From the NCBI GenBank assembly GCA_963555755.3, contig OY820905.2:928001-992000 (forward strand): a stretch of 64,000 nt of DNA. Reading direction: 5' to 3'. The DNA is from Nitrospirales bacterium (GTDB taxonomy: Bacteria; Nitrospirota; Nitrospiria; Nitrospirales; UBA8639). Below are positions 20,735-33,600 of the stretch, piece after piece. Every line of letters starts with the position of its first letter. Within the stretch, counting starts at the first letter, position 1. The position numbers and the translations under genes are program-made. Below the pieces are notes generated by a model. The model was not told where the DNA came from. It ran no database searches and worked only from the letters and a program-made list of their open reading frames with translations.

Positions 20735-22140
20735 TAGGTTTCACCCCTTTCCGGTTGTTCCGTACACGGTCGGACAACCACTCTATTTCCATCCACGTGA
20801 ACCACCTCGATTAATTTCCCCGCTTGAATAAATTCTCCTTCAGACACGACATCGACTCGCTGCCCGTTGATATGGGCAATTCCCGCCGGACGAAGATCCG
20901 AGACGGCATCACCCTGTTTTCCAAGCCATTGACGATCTTTATCAGGTGTTGATTCGTAGCCTGCTTTCGCTCCAAGCTCGGTATCAAGAACCAGCCGTTT
21001 TCCAAATGGAAGACGCGGGAAGATTCGCAAGAGAACCAGCCCAATGACAATGGCGACAAACAAAGATATTGCCACTTGACCTACTGCTTCCAACATAACC
21101 TCCCACGTGGCTCCAGTGCCAACAAGACTTAATCCCAGACCAGCCAGGAGTGCCGCAAGTCCCAGGACGCCGAAGAGGCCAAACCCGGGAATAATAAACA
21201 CTTCGACACCAACCAGAATCAGACCAAGACCAACTAGCAGCACTTCCTCCAGACCAGCTAAACGAACAATCCCATGCCCCCAGAAAAACAACGCGAGACT
21301 GATAAGCCCCAGCGTACCCGGAATCCCAAACCCGGGCATTCGAATCTCGACAAAGATGCCCAAGATGCCGAGTGACATCAGCAACGAACTCACCGCGGGA
21401 TTCGTGAGAAACCGAACGAGGGTTTCGGCCCACGTCTCCGACACGTGACGAACGTCGGCATCCTCGAGATTGAGGGACTGTAACACAAGTTCGAGGGAAT
21501 TCGCTCGAAAATCCGCCACCTTGAGTTTCAGTGCTTCCTCTGTAGTCAGGGTAAGCAACTTTCCTTTGTCGATGACATCTTTAATTTCAACATCCGCATC
21601 GACCATAGCTTCTGCGACCAATCCCGGCCGCTTGCGCATTTCCGCGGTGGCCCGAAATTCTTTGCGCATGTACGACACAGTCTTTTCCGCAACGGGTTGG
21701 GCGGGGGCACCAGGCGCTCCTATTTGAACTGGCGTGGCCGCACCAATTGTGCTGCCATCAGCCATGACTATTGTTTCAGCAGCGAGACTAATCAACGCCC
21801 CCGCCGAAATCGCCCTTTTATTAATAAAGGCCACCGTGGGAACTTTGGAGTCGAGAAGCGCATCGCGAATCAAAACCGCCGCATCGACCCGTCCACCAAA
21901 TGTGTTCACTTCAAGCACCACAGCCCGAACACCCGCTTGTTCTGCTTCGTCCAGCACTCGCTGAATGAATGGAGCCAAGCCCAAATCAATCATCCCCTCC
22001 ACCGGAACAACAAACACAATAGGCCTTTGTGCCTGCACGAGCATTGTTCCCCAAAGGAAGATTGCCAATGCAACCATCAGCAACATTCTCGAATATCGCG
22101 TCTGCCAAGTTTGATTGATCACGATAATTCCTTTGGCCAT
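20734..22140 (-). CDS. nfeD: NfeD-family membrane-bound serine protease
   Basis: [17 protein letters not shown]-terminal LRPAG...DVVSEG; adjacent to floA. Confidence 0.9.
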   Translation of the reverse strand: MAKGIIVINQTWQTRYSRMLLMVALAIFLWGTMLVQAQRPIVFVVPVEGMIDLGLAPFIQRVLDEAEQAGVRAVVLEVNTFGGRVDAAVLIRDALLDSKVPTVAFINKRAISAGALISLAAETIVMADGSTIGAATPVQIGAPGAPAQPVAEKTVSYMRKEFRATAEMRKRPGLVAEAMVDADVEIKDVIDKGKLLTLTTEEALKLKVADFRANSLELVLQSLNLEDADVRHVSETWAETLVRFLTNPAVSSLLMSLGILGIFVEIRMPGFGIPGTLGLISLALFFWGHGIVRLAGLEEVLLVGLGLILVGVEVFIIPGFGLFGVLGLAALLAGLGLSLVGTGATWEVMLEAVGQVAISLFVAIVIGLVLLRIFPRLPFGKRLVLDTELGAKAGYESTPDKDRQWLGKQGDAVSDLRPAGIAHINGQRVDVVSEGEFIQAGKLIEVVHVDGNRVVVRPCTEQPERGET

Positions 22141-22304
22141 GCCTCATGGAAATGACGATCGGGTAAACGTCCAGTGCGGAAGAACACAGACACCCTATGA
22201 AAATGGGATATGAATTCTCAAGGGAAGAATGAAAAGGAAAGGATTCTCTTTTTAACAGAACAACGTATGGTCAGTTGGCCACTCAACGCGATGGAAGAAA
22301 TTTG

Positions 22305-23960
22305 CTAATTTTCCGAAAGACCCTGCAACAACTCCACGCAATCCGGCTCTCGCAACTTGCGTAGCGCCACGGCTTCGATTTGGCGAATCCGTTCTCGGGT
22401 GACCCCAAAATCTTCGCTGATTTCTTCCAGCGTGTGGTCCTTTTCGAACCCGATGCCAAAGCGCTTTTTAATGATATATGCTTCACGATCAGTCAGCACG
22501 CCTAACGCGGAAGCAACTTTCTGCTGCGCATCATACCGTTCAGCGGCGGCATACGGTGGGTGGATATTCACATCCTCGATGAAATCACCGAGACGCATGT
22601 CTTCGCTGTCACCCACTGGCGAATCGAGGGACATCGGTTCCTTAATACAATTCGTAATGTCTCGCACCTTCTCATAGGTGAGATCCAGCTCAACCGCTAG
22701 CTCCTCGAGTTTCGGCTCTCGGCCTAATTGTTGAACCAATTGTCCCTTCACACGTTTGACCTTTTGCATGGCCTCATGCATGTGCACCGGAACCCGAATG
22801 GTATTGGCCTGATCGGCGAGGGCACGGGTAATGCGCTGCCTGATCCACCACGTGGCATAGGTGCTAAATTTATACCCACGTTGGTATTCAAATTTTCCCA
22901 CGGCTTTCATCAAGCCTAAATTTCCCTCTTGGACTAAATCCAAAAACTGTAAACCCCGACCCATGTACCGTTTAGCAATACTCACAACCAAACGAAGATT
23001 AGCACTCACTATGTCCGACGTCCCTCGTTCAATGTGAGCCTCGGCTTGTTCCAGTTCCTCAATAGCCTTCACAAACTGCTGCGTAGGCATGCGGACCACA
23101 TCTTCTTGGAGACGCTCAAGTTTGGTTTGCGCATCGATCATGCTGGCCATAAGGGATTCGGCCTGAATATTGGACAGTTTGGATATTCGTTGCTTGGAGA
23201 GCAAGCCGACCCAATTCGGACGCCGTTTGTTAAGATTCTTCTTGAACTCTTCTTCTCGCAAACCGAACTGCCGTGCGCCTTCCTGCAATACATAGAGGTA
23301 CGAACGCACGTTCCCGCCTTCGGCCTTCACGCGCGCTAGGCACTGTGCCTGAAAGCCAGTCGAAAGGTTTAGGTGTCGGATCTGGACTGCAATTTTTTGA
23401 TGAAGAAGTTCCCGACGTTTTTCAGTATCGGCCATCGTCTGTTTGGAAGATCCATGGCCATTCACAGCCTCTGGCAATGCCCTGAGGGTTTTCGCATGTC
23501 GGCGTACCGCGCTGAGGCATTGCAGGGTATGGGCTAACATCACCTCTTGGCTTTGAGAGTCCTCAATGCCCTTCCCATCATCCCCTTCTCCCGCCCCTTC
23601 AACAGTTACCACTTCGCGAAGAGGAATCTCCTCACGACGTAATAATTCATGAACGGTCCACAGATACTCTAAGATGATCGGCAGAGTAAACAAGACGGCC
23701 CATAGGTCGGCCTTGCCCTGTTCAATTTGTCGCGCCAGCCGAACCTCACCTTCTTGGGTCAGCAGAGGCACTTGCCCCATTTCTTTCAGGAACATATGGA
23801 CAGGGCTCTTGGACTCCCCCGCATATTCCTGACGAGGCTGGATCTTCAATGTATTCGTAAACTTCGTAGACATCACATGATTACCCATCCCAGCCCGCAC
23901 CCCTTCGAAGTCAGAGACGGCTTCCCCGCCTTGAACGAACATGTCAAATGATTTTCTCAT
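22305..23960 (-). CDS. RpoD-like sigma-70 factor
   Basis: [43 protein letters not shown] motifs. Confidence 0.92.
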   Translation of the reverse strand: MRKSFDMFVQGGEAVSDFEGVRAGMGNHVMSTKFTNTLKIQPRQEYAGESKSPVHMFLKEMGQVPLLTQEGEVRLARQIEQGKADLWAVLFTLPIILEYLWTVHELLRREEIPLREVVTVEGAGEGDDGKGIEDSQSQEVMLAHTLQCLSAVRRHAKTLRALPEAVNGHGSSKQTMADTEKRRELLHQKIAVQIRHLNLSTGFQAQCLARVKAEGGNVRSYLYVLQEGARQFGLREEEFKKNLNKRRPNWVGLLSKQRISKLSNIQAESLMASMIDAQTKLERLQEDVVRMPTQQFVKAIEELEQAEAHIERGTSDIVSANLRLVVSIAKRYMGRGLQFLDLVQEGNLGLMKAVGKFEYQRGYKFSTYATWWIRQRITRALADQANTIRVPVHMHEAMQKVKRVKGQLVQQLGREPKLEELAVELDLTYEKVRDITNCIKEPMSLDSPVGDSEDMRLGDFIEDVNIHPPYAAAERYDAQQKVASALGVLTDREAYIIKKRFGIGFEKDHTLEEISEDFGVTRERIRQIEAVALRKLREPDCVELLQGLSEN

Positions 23961-24002
23961 AACCGTTTGTCTTTATTGTCCACTCAACGTTACGCAGCCT
24001 TA

Positions 24003-24159
24003 GGGCTCGCGCAAGAATAGCTTCCTCTGTGTGGGCGTCGATCCATCCCGCCTGGCGGCGTTGCTCGTCCTTTTCATACGAAGGGTATGCGCAGTCCTCG
24101 CGCCTTCTCAGACAGGTGTCTCAGCACCCACACAGAGGAAGTTATTCTTGCGCGAGCCC
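24003..24159. mobile_element. MITE family B
   Basis: TIRs; TTA TSD; overlaps the 3' end of ORF 24108-24347. Confidence 0.9.
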
Positions 24160-24347
24160 TTAGAACCGGGATGCGTTGATTTTTGTGGTAATGGGGTCTC
24201 GCCTTGAGCTTTGTTGAGATACGTTGTCCCCCCACAATTCAAGCACCGTAAAATCGCAATCTTTAAATAGGGTCCGTCCGGATCATACAACTGATCCCGC
24301 ACGACCAACCCTTGACATCTTGAGCATTTCATTTTTATCTCCCTCAC
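24108..24347 (-). CDS. Small zinc-ribbon protein with MITE-derived C-terminus
   Basis: CSRC...CLNC motifs. Confidence 0.6.
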   Translation of the reverse strand: MREIKMKCSRCQGLVVRDQLYDPDGPYLKIAILRCLNCGGTTYLNKAQGETPLPQKSTHPGSKGSRKNNFLCVGAETPV

Positions 24348-24456
24348 GGCTCCTGGCCGCTTTCAATAAACTTGTAAGCTGGGACTGTGGAAGAATTGAA
24401 ATATTTCCATTATACCATCCGCATGTAATTCATCTCATAAACCTCCAAGAGCAAGA

Positions 24457-24579
24457 GGGGATGTTCAAAAAGGTGCGCTCAGCAAGGCCGCAGGCACTTT
24501 GGCGCGCGGAGCGTACGGGTGAGTACGTGAGCACGACAAAGGGCCGAGAACGCCGCTGACGACCTTTTTCAACATTCCC
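24457..24579. mobile_element. MITE family C core copy
   Basis: GGGATGTTCAAAAAGG...CCTTTTTCAACATTCCC ends; shared core. Confidence 0.8.
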
Positions 24580-24794
24580 AAGCTGAAAATACCGGATACG
24601 TGAGATCTTTCGTGGTCGAAGACATTCACGCACTCTTCTTCTGATAATCAATGTTCTTCTTATTTCAAGTAGGCTTTCTCACATTTATGAAATTAATTTT
24701 CCCACAATCGAATCAAACCTCTTGTTTTTTCTCTTTTCTACTGGTTACTATAGGTATCTAATTACAAAAGTAAAGTAGGTACCGAAAAGTAACC

Positions 24795-25148
24795 ATGAAA
24801 TTACCGATTAGCCCTGCTGGCTGCCCACTCGATGCCCTTCTCCGCGTCCTTTCAGGTCCCTGGACCATTTATATCCTCTGTCGGCTGCATCAAAACGGAC
24901 CTACCCGATTTGGTCAACTCAAGCGCCAACTTGTGGGAATTTCATCAAAAATGTTGACGGAACGGTTACGAACCCTGGAAAAAGCCGAGATTGTATTCCG
25001 ACATCACAATCCAACGGTTCCCCCGCAAGTCACATATGGGTTGACTGAAGAAGGTCAGGAACTGACCACGGTCTTGGACCAACTCAATACCTTGGCTCAA
25101 CAATGGGGAGCCGAATCGCAAGGCTCAAACCACAAACTCGCCAGTTAA
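24795..25148 (+). CDS. HxlR-family transcriptional regulator
   Basis: CPL...GPWT, RFGQLKR..GISSKMLTERLR, PPQVTYGLT motifs. Confidence 0.9.
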   Translation: MKLPISPAGCPLDALLRVLSGPWTIYILCRLHQNGPTRFGQLKRQLVGISSKMLTERLRTLEKAEIVFRHHNPTVPPQVTYGLTEEGQELTTVLDQLNTLAQQWGAESQGSNHKLAS

Positions 25149-25342
25149 CACCCTCTATCCAACATTATTGATCCTAGGCCCGCACAGGGAGCCTTTTCTT
25201 ACCTCATTTCTGTATTCCACCGTTTTTCATCAGGTGAGTAAACCGAAAAACAGCAGGTGTCAATCTCGGGATCCTTTGACTGCTGCGGGAGCTGTGGCGC
25301 TCAGGGCGAACAGACTCTCACCCAACGGATGACGGCTACGCA

Positions 25343-25394
25343 ACCCCGTTCGGGTTGAGCCCTGAGCATGCCGAAGAGTCGAAGCATGAACGGG
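25343..25394. repeat. REP-like palindrome
   Basis: CCCGTTC...GCCCTGAGCATGCCGAAG...GAACGGG; related module embedded in C elements. Confidence 0.55.
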
Positions 25395-25573
25395 AGAATT
25401 GCCATGTCACTGCCATTCTCACGAAAAATTCTTGGCCACCTATAGCAAGGAATTGAGAGGGGGGGAAACGTGAAATTCTCCCTTGCCCCCCTTTAGAAAG
25501 GGGAGCAGGAAGGATTTTTTCAAAGAGGGACCCTTTGATGTCAATCAGGCCAAGGCCTCCAGAAGACACTAAA

Positions 25574-26935
25574 TTATCGGCTTGAGGAAGCAGGACGCGA
25601 AGATCGACGTGGTCGATTCGGCGCAAAATTTCCGGCCCGTTCTGTAGGCCTTTCTAAGCGATTGCCATTGGGACTATCACCCGATTGAGGTCGCGAAGAT
25701 CCATTCAAGGAACGCTGCCGAGCAGGTGTTCCTGCGGGTCTCGGGCCTGGTCGCCCCCCAACCGGTCGTGATCGCGGAGTGTCTCTGTTCGGCCGTTGAC
25801 GAGACGGAGGCCGGCTTCCTGGTGCACAGGGAACCGCATGACCAAGCAGTCGTTCAATGGCTTGCAACGATCGAAAATCTTCACCAGTAACAAAACTCGT
25901 GGCGGATCCGATAGCTTTCATCCGCGCGGTTCGGCCAATGCGATGGACATAGTCTTCCGGTACAGTGGGCAGATCATAGTTAATGACATGACCAATATTT
26001 GCGATATCCAGTCCACGAGCCGCAATATCCGTTGCAACCAAAATCCGAAACTGTCCACGACGAAATCCTTCAAGCGCGGCTCGTCGCTGCGTCAGACGAC
26101 GTCCTCCATGGAGTACCGCGACCCGATGCCCTCCTCGATCCAAGGTTTCTCCCAACCGATCAGCCCGGTGCTTCGTCCGAGTAAACACGAGCACGGACTC
26201 CCCTTTTTCTTGAAGAAGCGAAAGCAACAACTGCGTCTTATCTGATGAAGTTGTGTGATGCAGCATGTGCGTGATCCCTTCAGCAGGCGTCGCGGATTTG
26301 TCGACCATGGCACGCACAGGATCTTTTAAGGACATGCGAGCCAAATCACCTAAATCGCTCGGCAGAGTGGCGGAGAAAAGCAACGTTTGCCGTTCCTCGG
26401 GTACTGCATCGAGGATTTGATTCAACTGCGGTGCAAAGCCCATATCCAACATCCGATCCGCTTCGTCCAACACCACAATTTCCAAATGTGCTAACGAAAT
26501 GGTGCCTTGCCACATGTGGTCTAACAACCGCCCGGGCGTGGCCACCAAAATATCGGGGCGTTGTCGCAGGCCACGAATCTGAGCCTGCATATCACTCCCA
26601 CCGACGATCGGCGTGGCAAAAATTCGTCGCGAGCGTCCAAGTTTTTCAATCACCTCTTGAATTTGAAAGGCCAACTCCCGGGTAGGAGCCAAGACCAGTC
26701 CGCGCGGACGGCCTTTGGATCCAGCAGAAAGGCGCTCAATCATCGGGATGACAAACGCGGCGGTTTTTCCGGTACCGGTTTGGGCACAGCCCAGTACATC
26801 GCGCCCTTCCAAGGCAGGGGGAATAGCTTTAGTTTGAATGGGAGTGGGCTCAAGCAAGCCCGCCTTGGTCAGTGATTGCAATAAGGGGGCAGACACACCA
26901 AGAGCATCGAACGACTGAGAAACGGATTGAGACAT
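25574..26935 (-). CDS. DEAD-box RNA helicase (RhlE-like)
   Basis: AQTGTGKT, PTRELA, DEAD, SAT, HRIGRTAR motifs; basic tail. Confidence 0.95.
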   Translation of the reverse strand: MSQSVSQSFDALGVSAPLLQSLTKAGLLEPTPIQTKAIPPALEGRDVLGCAQTGTGKTAAFVIPMIERLSAGSKGRPRGLVLAPTRELAFQIQEVIEKLGRSRRIFATPIVGGSDMQAQIRGLRQRPDILVATPGRLLDHMWQGTISLAHLEIVVLDEADRMLDMGFAPQLNQILDAVPEERQTLLFSATLPSDLGDLARMSLKDPVRAMVDKSATPAEGITHMLHHTTSSDKTQLLLSLLQEKGESVLVFTRTKHRADRLGETLDRGGHRVAVLHGGRRLTQRRAALEGFRRGQFRILVATDIAARGLDIANIGHVINYDLPTVPEDYVHRIGRTARMKAIGSATSFVTGEDFRSLQAIERLLGHAVPCAPGSRPPSRQRPNRDTPRSRPVGGRPGPRPAGTPARQRSLNGSSRPQSGDSPNGNRLERPTERAGNFAPNRPRRSSRPASSSR

Positions 26936-27371
26936 TAAAGTATTTCCTTAATCCCAAGAAAAGATTAAACCAGCAGAATGCCGTTGGCGGTCTCTTGGGA
27001 AACCGATAGACTCGACACACCAGTGCATTTCGCACAGGAACCCCTGAGCATTTTCATGACGCCCATGAATCCCGCTCCCTGTTCCACAAGGAGATGAGGT
27101 GCTGACATTCTGTTAGTGGGATCGTATGTGTACGTGTTCAGAAAACCAAACGAGGCAGAATCAGGAGGGAGTCCGCTCCGAGCAGGATCTGGTCGCGATA
27201 CGATCGCGGGTCCGAGTTTCATCTTGCCTTGTTAGCAGCCGGACCGTTTCAGCCAACAATAATACATAGATACAGCAGAACCAGGGTTGTGTCAAATTTA
27301 GCGGTTTCGCTCTTGACGTATAAGGTGCATTCAAGCGCCACAGTCTATCGGTTGAAGAACGATTATCTTAA

Positions 27372-27551
27372 GGACCTGCGAGAAAATAACTTGATCAATA
27401 TCGCGCCAAGATTGGGGTCGGATTTGGACGGAACGATTGAGAAAAACTCGAGGCATAGCACAGCTATGGTGAGGGTGTTTCGATTGAGGCCCGTTCAAAG
27501 ATGGCCCGAAGATTGGATGCGAGATTGATCAAGTTATTTTCTCGCAGTTCC
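27372..27551. mobile_element. MITE family F (uninterrupted copy)
   Basis: TIR GGA(C/A)CTGCGAGAAAATAACTTGATCAAT; TAA/TTA flanks; homologous to outer element at 41464-42136. Confidence 0.85.
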
Positions 27552-27667
27552 TTAGAGAGTCCCAACATGGCCTTTTGTATTGTCACACTTCTCTTTCCCC
27601 TAGCTGAGTGAGATGAATTTTCCTCTTTGATCGATCACGACCACAATCTTCGTCAAGCGTCACACCG

Positions 27668-30600
27668 TCAATCTTTGATTTCCACCTCCCCCAGTACTTC
27701 CTGGAGCACAAGGACAAGATCATGACGGAGAATCGGTTTCATCAGAAATTTTCGAATCCCCAACTCCCGGGCTTTCTCCTCCGTCATCGTTTGGCTAAAG
27801 CCCGTACAGAGAACAATGGGGATGTCTGGCCGAATCCGCAGGATTTCACGAGCAAGGGCTTCGCCAGACAGGTTGGGCATGGTCTGATCGGTAATCACGA
27901 CGTCATAGCGGCTGGGGGCCGCCCGAAACGCCTCTAGGGCCTCCAGACTGCTGGTGCGCGTCGTCACCTCGTAGCCCAACTCTTCTAACACCTCCTTCCC
28001 CAATGCCACGAGCGGGGCTTCGTCATCCACCAACAACACTCGCCCCTGCCCCGGATGGAGTGACGCGGCCGAAGGGAGTTCTGCCTCGGCCTCAACGGTA
28101 TCAGTATCAGTATCAGTATCATCAGTATCAGTAGAAGCGGCAGCAAGCAGGGGAAAAACAATCGACACGGTGGTCCCCTCTCCCGGAGTGCTCGTCACGG
28201 TAATGGTGCCCTGATGATCGGCAATGATCCCGTGAACGACCGCAAGCCCCATCCCCGTCCCTTCCCCGGGCTTCTTCGTGGTGAAGAACGGGTCAAAGAT
28301 CCGGTCCAGAACTTCGGGGGCCATGCCGTGGCCCGTATCCTGCACGGTTAGGAGGAGATGCGGTCCGGGGATGAGTTCCAGGTGTGGCATCAGCCCGTCA
28401 GCCGCAACCTCCTCCACTGTCTCCAGCCGGAGGGACAAAACCCCGCCCCGGTCGCGCATCGCATATTCTGCATTGGTACAGAGGTTCATGAGCACTTGGT
28501 GTATTTGGGTGGCATCGGCCTGCACCAGATCCGAGGACGCAGACAGTTGCACCTGGATTTTAATGGTGCTCGGGAGCGTGGCCCGGATGAGCATGAGGAC
28601 TTCCTGGATTACCGGTTGAACATGTAACGGCTTTTTCTGGCCCTCCGTTTGGCGACTGAAGGTCAGAATCTGTTGCACCAACTCCTTGGCGCGTGACCCA
28701 GCCTTGAGCACTTCGGTTAAATACCTCTGCACGGTCTTCTCATAGGGAACCTTGTTGAGGATCAGTTCGGTGTACCCCATGAGGGCCGCCAGGATGTTGT
28801 TAAAGTCGTGCGCAATCCCCCCCGCAAGGGTGCCGAGGGCATTCATCTTCTGCGAGTGCCGTAGCTGCACCTCGGCGTGCCGTACCTGTTCCTCAGCCTG
28901 CCGGCGTTGGGTCACATCCGAATTCGACCCGAACATCCGGGTGGGTCGGCCCTGTTCGTCCCGGATACAAGCCCCCCGCGTAAGAATCCACACATAGCTT
29001 CCATCCTTATGCCGAAGGCGATACTCCAACTCATAGGGCCGAATCCAGCCAAAATGATCTTTGAGCGAGGCCATAACCCGGTCATAGTCCTCCGGATGAA
29101 TCCGGCTCGTCCATTCCTCATAGACATTCTGCACTTCATGGTCTTCATAGCCTAGCTGCTTTTTCCACCCGGGCGAATAATACACCCTCTCGGTGGCAAC
29201 CTCCCAGTCCCAGATGCCGTCGTTGATGGCACCCATGACCATGGCATAGCGTTCCTCACTAGCCTTCAGGTCTGCTTCCGCCTGCTTGCGCTCGGTGATG
29301 TCACGGATAATGCCACTATAAAATGTTTCCCCACTGCTGACCCACATTGCCAGAGTCAATTCGACGGGAAACTCCTCGCCATCTTTTCTAAGTCCATGTA
29401 AATCAATCGCTTGCCCCATGATCCGAGATTGGCCGGTCTTCCTCATTCGCTCAACCCCTGCACAATGGTCTTCGTGATAGCGTTCCGGCATCAAATGGGT
29501 AAGTGGCTGACCCAACACTTCTTCTTCACCATAGCCAAAGATCGTTTGCGCTCCTTTGTTCCAAAACACAATGTTTCCACTGCTGTCTGCTGAGACAATT
29601 GCATCGGAAGCAGACTGCGCTACGGCACGGAACCTCCTTTCTGATTCACCTAAAGCTTCTTCCGCCTGTTTGCGCTCGAGTTCGGCTCCGGCTCGGGCTG
29701 CAAAAATTCTTAGCAGGGACTCCGTTTGCGCATCAAACGTGACCGATTGTTGGCTCATTACGACTAAGTGACCAATGACCTTGCCCGAGGAGTCCTGAAG
29801 GGGAAGCCCGAGGTAACTCTGGACGCCTAGGTCAACAAGATCCGTATCTCGAGGAAAAAGACGCTGAATATCTTGGGGGTGGTAACAGACCTTCCCTGCG
29901 ATCACCTCTTCGCACGGGGTTCCCTCTAAGGCATACTCGACATTCTCAATAAACGTATCCTTGTTCAGAAACGCTAGGGTTCGGACTCTTGTATGTTTCG
30001 CATCCACACACTCAGCGATGAAGGCATAGGGAGCGTCGAGGGCCACTGTCAGATGCCGAAGGAGTGAGTGGAAAAAGTCAGCGCTGGTCACGGCTGCTGT
30101 CCCTTCGACAATAGCGCGAAGGGTGTCCTCCGCCTGTTTGCGTGCGGTGATATCCGTAGCCACACCCAGCACCTGATCGACCACTCCCTCATCGTTAAAC
30201 AGAGGGCGCTTGACCGTCTGTAGCCAATGGATTTGCCCGGCTGCATCCGTGATGGTTTCTTCAGCAAAGAATCGTTCTTGTTTTGAATCCATGACCTCGA
30301 GGTCTATCCGATGAAAGGCCTCCACCTCCACGACCTTGGAACTGAAATCCGATTCGGTTTTGCCAAGAAGGTCTTCTACAGTCGTCCCGTAGACATCGGC
30401 CACCGCTTGGTTGACCAACGTAAAACGTCCTTCTCGATTCTTGGCAAACACGAAGTTGGGGTTGATGTCAATGACTTGCCGTAAAAAACTCCTTTGTCGT
30501 TTGAGTTCCTTTTCCGCCCCTTGCCGTTCAATCTCCCCTTCCATCCAACGCGCAATCAGTTGTAGGAAAATCCTTGGCCCCTTCAGTAAACGTCCCTCGA

Positions 30601-33600
30601 TAGGGCTCAGGACCGGCAAAACAGAGTGTTCCATATTTCTCTCCGCCGACTACGATTTTGGTTCCTAGATATGCCTCCAGACCAGTAGTGGCACATCCCC
30701 GATGAGCGGCCCAGTCCGATGTGCTCGCGTGGCCAAAACAGATCGGTTCCTCCGCCTCCAAGGCAGCACTGCAGTACAATTCACACATAGCTATTCGACT
30801 ACCTTCGCTCACGAAATCTTCAACCATTTCCCCGGTTCGGATGAACATCATTTTGCAATGATCACCTTCACGGCGTGCGACCACCCCAATGGGAAGGTTA
30901 AACCGTTTGCATCCCAGTTCCAGTAGGGTATGAACCCGACTCTCAAAGGATATTTCTGGCGCTGAGGTGATTTCATAGAGCTCTCGAATGGCTTGTTCAC
31001 TTATCCAAAGGGCTTCCTCTATTCGTTTTCGCTCAATGGCCAAGGCCAACACGTTGGCCACGCCTTGCACAAAGTGGACGTCATCACTGGTGAATGTCCG
31101 CAGCTGTGTGGAGTGGACCTCCAAGACACCGTAGTGGTGTGGCTTTCCAGAGATAATCACACTCATTCCACTGATGACTCCCAGTTGATGGAGTAATGGA
31201 GGGCCGCTGAATCGTGTTTCAGTGCGTAGATCTTCCACAACCACGGGTTCATCGGACACCAAGGTATAGCCGGCCTGTGAATCTAACCCAGCCCCCACCG
31301 TGATATGGTTCACCGCATCGGCGGGACAGCCGAAAACAGCGCGAAGAATCATTTCTTTACCATCTGGTAACAGCTCAAGGACTTTACAGTACTCAACCTC
31401 TAACGTTTGCGCGATGAGGGAGACGGCATTGTGCATCAGGGTAGGTAGGTCGATCCCGGTTAAAGCTGATTGCCCTAACTCCGCTACTAACGCTTGTTGA
31501 TGTGCACCGGCCTGAAGCGCTTCCTCTGACCGCCTCCGTTCAATGGCAATCCCGGCCAGATACGTCGACACCCTCACAAGTTCCTGTTCTTTCGGATTGG
31601 GGTATCGCGGTTGGGTGTAATACATGGCAAAGGTGCCCAATACGAAACCTTCTGAAGAGCGAATTGGAGTTGACCAACAAGCTCGTAACCCATGAGTGAG
31701 GGCTAAATCCTTGTATGGTTCCCAAAGTGGGTCAGTTGCGATATCAGAGACGACGACCTGCTCCTTCCGACAGGCGGCTGTTCCACAGGAACCCACGGCG
31801 GGTCCAATCGTTATACCATCTATAGCCTGATTATAGGCATCGGGTAGGCTAGGTGCTGCCCCATGCCGAAGCTTGTCACCCTCAAGTAGCAGGATTGAAC
31901 AGACCATGCCCGCGGATTGGGCCTCAACTATCTGGCACAAGGAGTTGAGTATGTCAGAAAGGGGAATGCCTAAAGCGATTTGTTCAAGGATAGACTTCTG
32001 CCCAGCTAGCATGCTCTCGGCTTGTTTGAGTTCCGTGATGTCAGACAACATTCCGTTCCACACAATGCTGTTGTCTTCCTTCTGTTGGTCCGGAATCGAG
32101 CTCCCACGAAGCCATTTAACCTTCCCTGTTGCCGTACGAATCCGAAAATCATAGCTCCAAGGCCTCATGGTCTTGCCCGAAACTTGGATGCTGTCCCACA
32201 GGATCGGCTGGTCCGCAGGAAGAATACGGTCCCATACCCGACTGAAATCCTCTTGGGCTTCAGCTTGAGTTAACTCAAACAGCTCTTCCACACCACCACT
32301 GATAAATTGGAAGCTCTGCACGCCATCCTCGGTCAGCTTGTATTGATACACAGCCCCTGGGACAGCATCCGTGATCTGTTGAAGTTTCATCTCGCTTTCC
32401 CGTATCGCCTTTTGAGCAAGTTTCTGTTCTGTGGTATCCACCATGACCCCTTGCAACTTTCTTCGTTCCCCTTTGTCCCATACCACCGTCACCAGATCCC
32501 GAAGCCATACCACATCCCCATTAGCGGCTATCATGCGATATTCAAACTCGTAATAATCATTCTGGGCTGAGTGTTGGATACAATATTCTATAGCCCAGTC
32601 CCTATCCTCAGGGTGAATATGGTCCTGCCAGAAGGTGGGCTCCTCGATCCAGCGTGTACAAGGGTAGCCGAGCAATCGTTCAGCCTCTTGGCTGACCAAT
32701 GTAAATTGAAATGTCCGTAAATCAGCTTCCCAGACAATTCCCTTCACAGAGTTGACAAGTTGTTCATATTCCCTCTGTGTTTCTCCAAGCGCGATTTCCG
32801 ACCGCTTGCGTTCGGTGATGTCCGTGGAAATTCCACAGATGGCATAGGGCGTCCCATGGTGATTGCGAAGTGGAAACTTGTTAGAAATAAAGGTATGAAC
32901 CCCTTCCTCGTGAGGGATCACCTCTTCCGACACCAAGGGCATGCCAGCTCGGAGCACCTTCTGGTCGTTCTCCTGATGCGCCTCTGCGACCTCAGGTGGA
33001 AATAGGTCATAGTCTGTCTTCCCAGCAATCTCTTCTGTTTCGATATTACAGTACGTTTTATGTTTCTTGTTGCTGAGGATATATCGCCCTCGGAGGTCCT
33101 TGACATAGATAGCCGCTGGGCTTTCCTCGATGATCGCCTGGAGTCTTGCTTCCTCCTCCAACAGTTCTATCTCCACGTTGTGGCGTGCAATGTATTCCCC
33201 TAACACATTGGCGATCCCCTGGAGAAAATGAATGTCCTCTTGGTGGAAAGATTGGAGCTTGCGGGTACACACTCCCAACACGCCCAAGGGCTGTCCAGGG
33301 CCAGGTATAGTGACCCAAATGCCGCTCCGAATGTCTTGATCATCCAACAACGGCTCTATCTGAAACCGCTTTTCCGTGTGGAAGTCCTCCACGATCACTG
33401 GCTCATGAGAGCCTAGGGTATAGCCCGGGTAGAAACGGGATTCAGCATCTATTTTCGCAGAGCCCACGAGTCCCTCTCGCCACCCAATGCCTGCTTGTAA
33501 TAGAAACATATGGCTCTCAGGGATGTATTCCAGAACCTGACTGTATTCGGCCTCAAGGAGTCCGGCGATCAGGATGGCCGATTCTTTCATCAATCCAGAT

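Noticed and set aside
19462..20831. Long plus-strand ORFs of 193 and 267 aa
   Set aside because: Antisense shadows of floA and its neighbour, with no recognisable motifs
27668..30634. Independent 988-aa kinase gene starting at 30634
   Set aside because: Its first ~22 residues are off-frame sequence and the GAF domain continues from the upstream ORF
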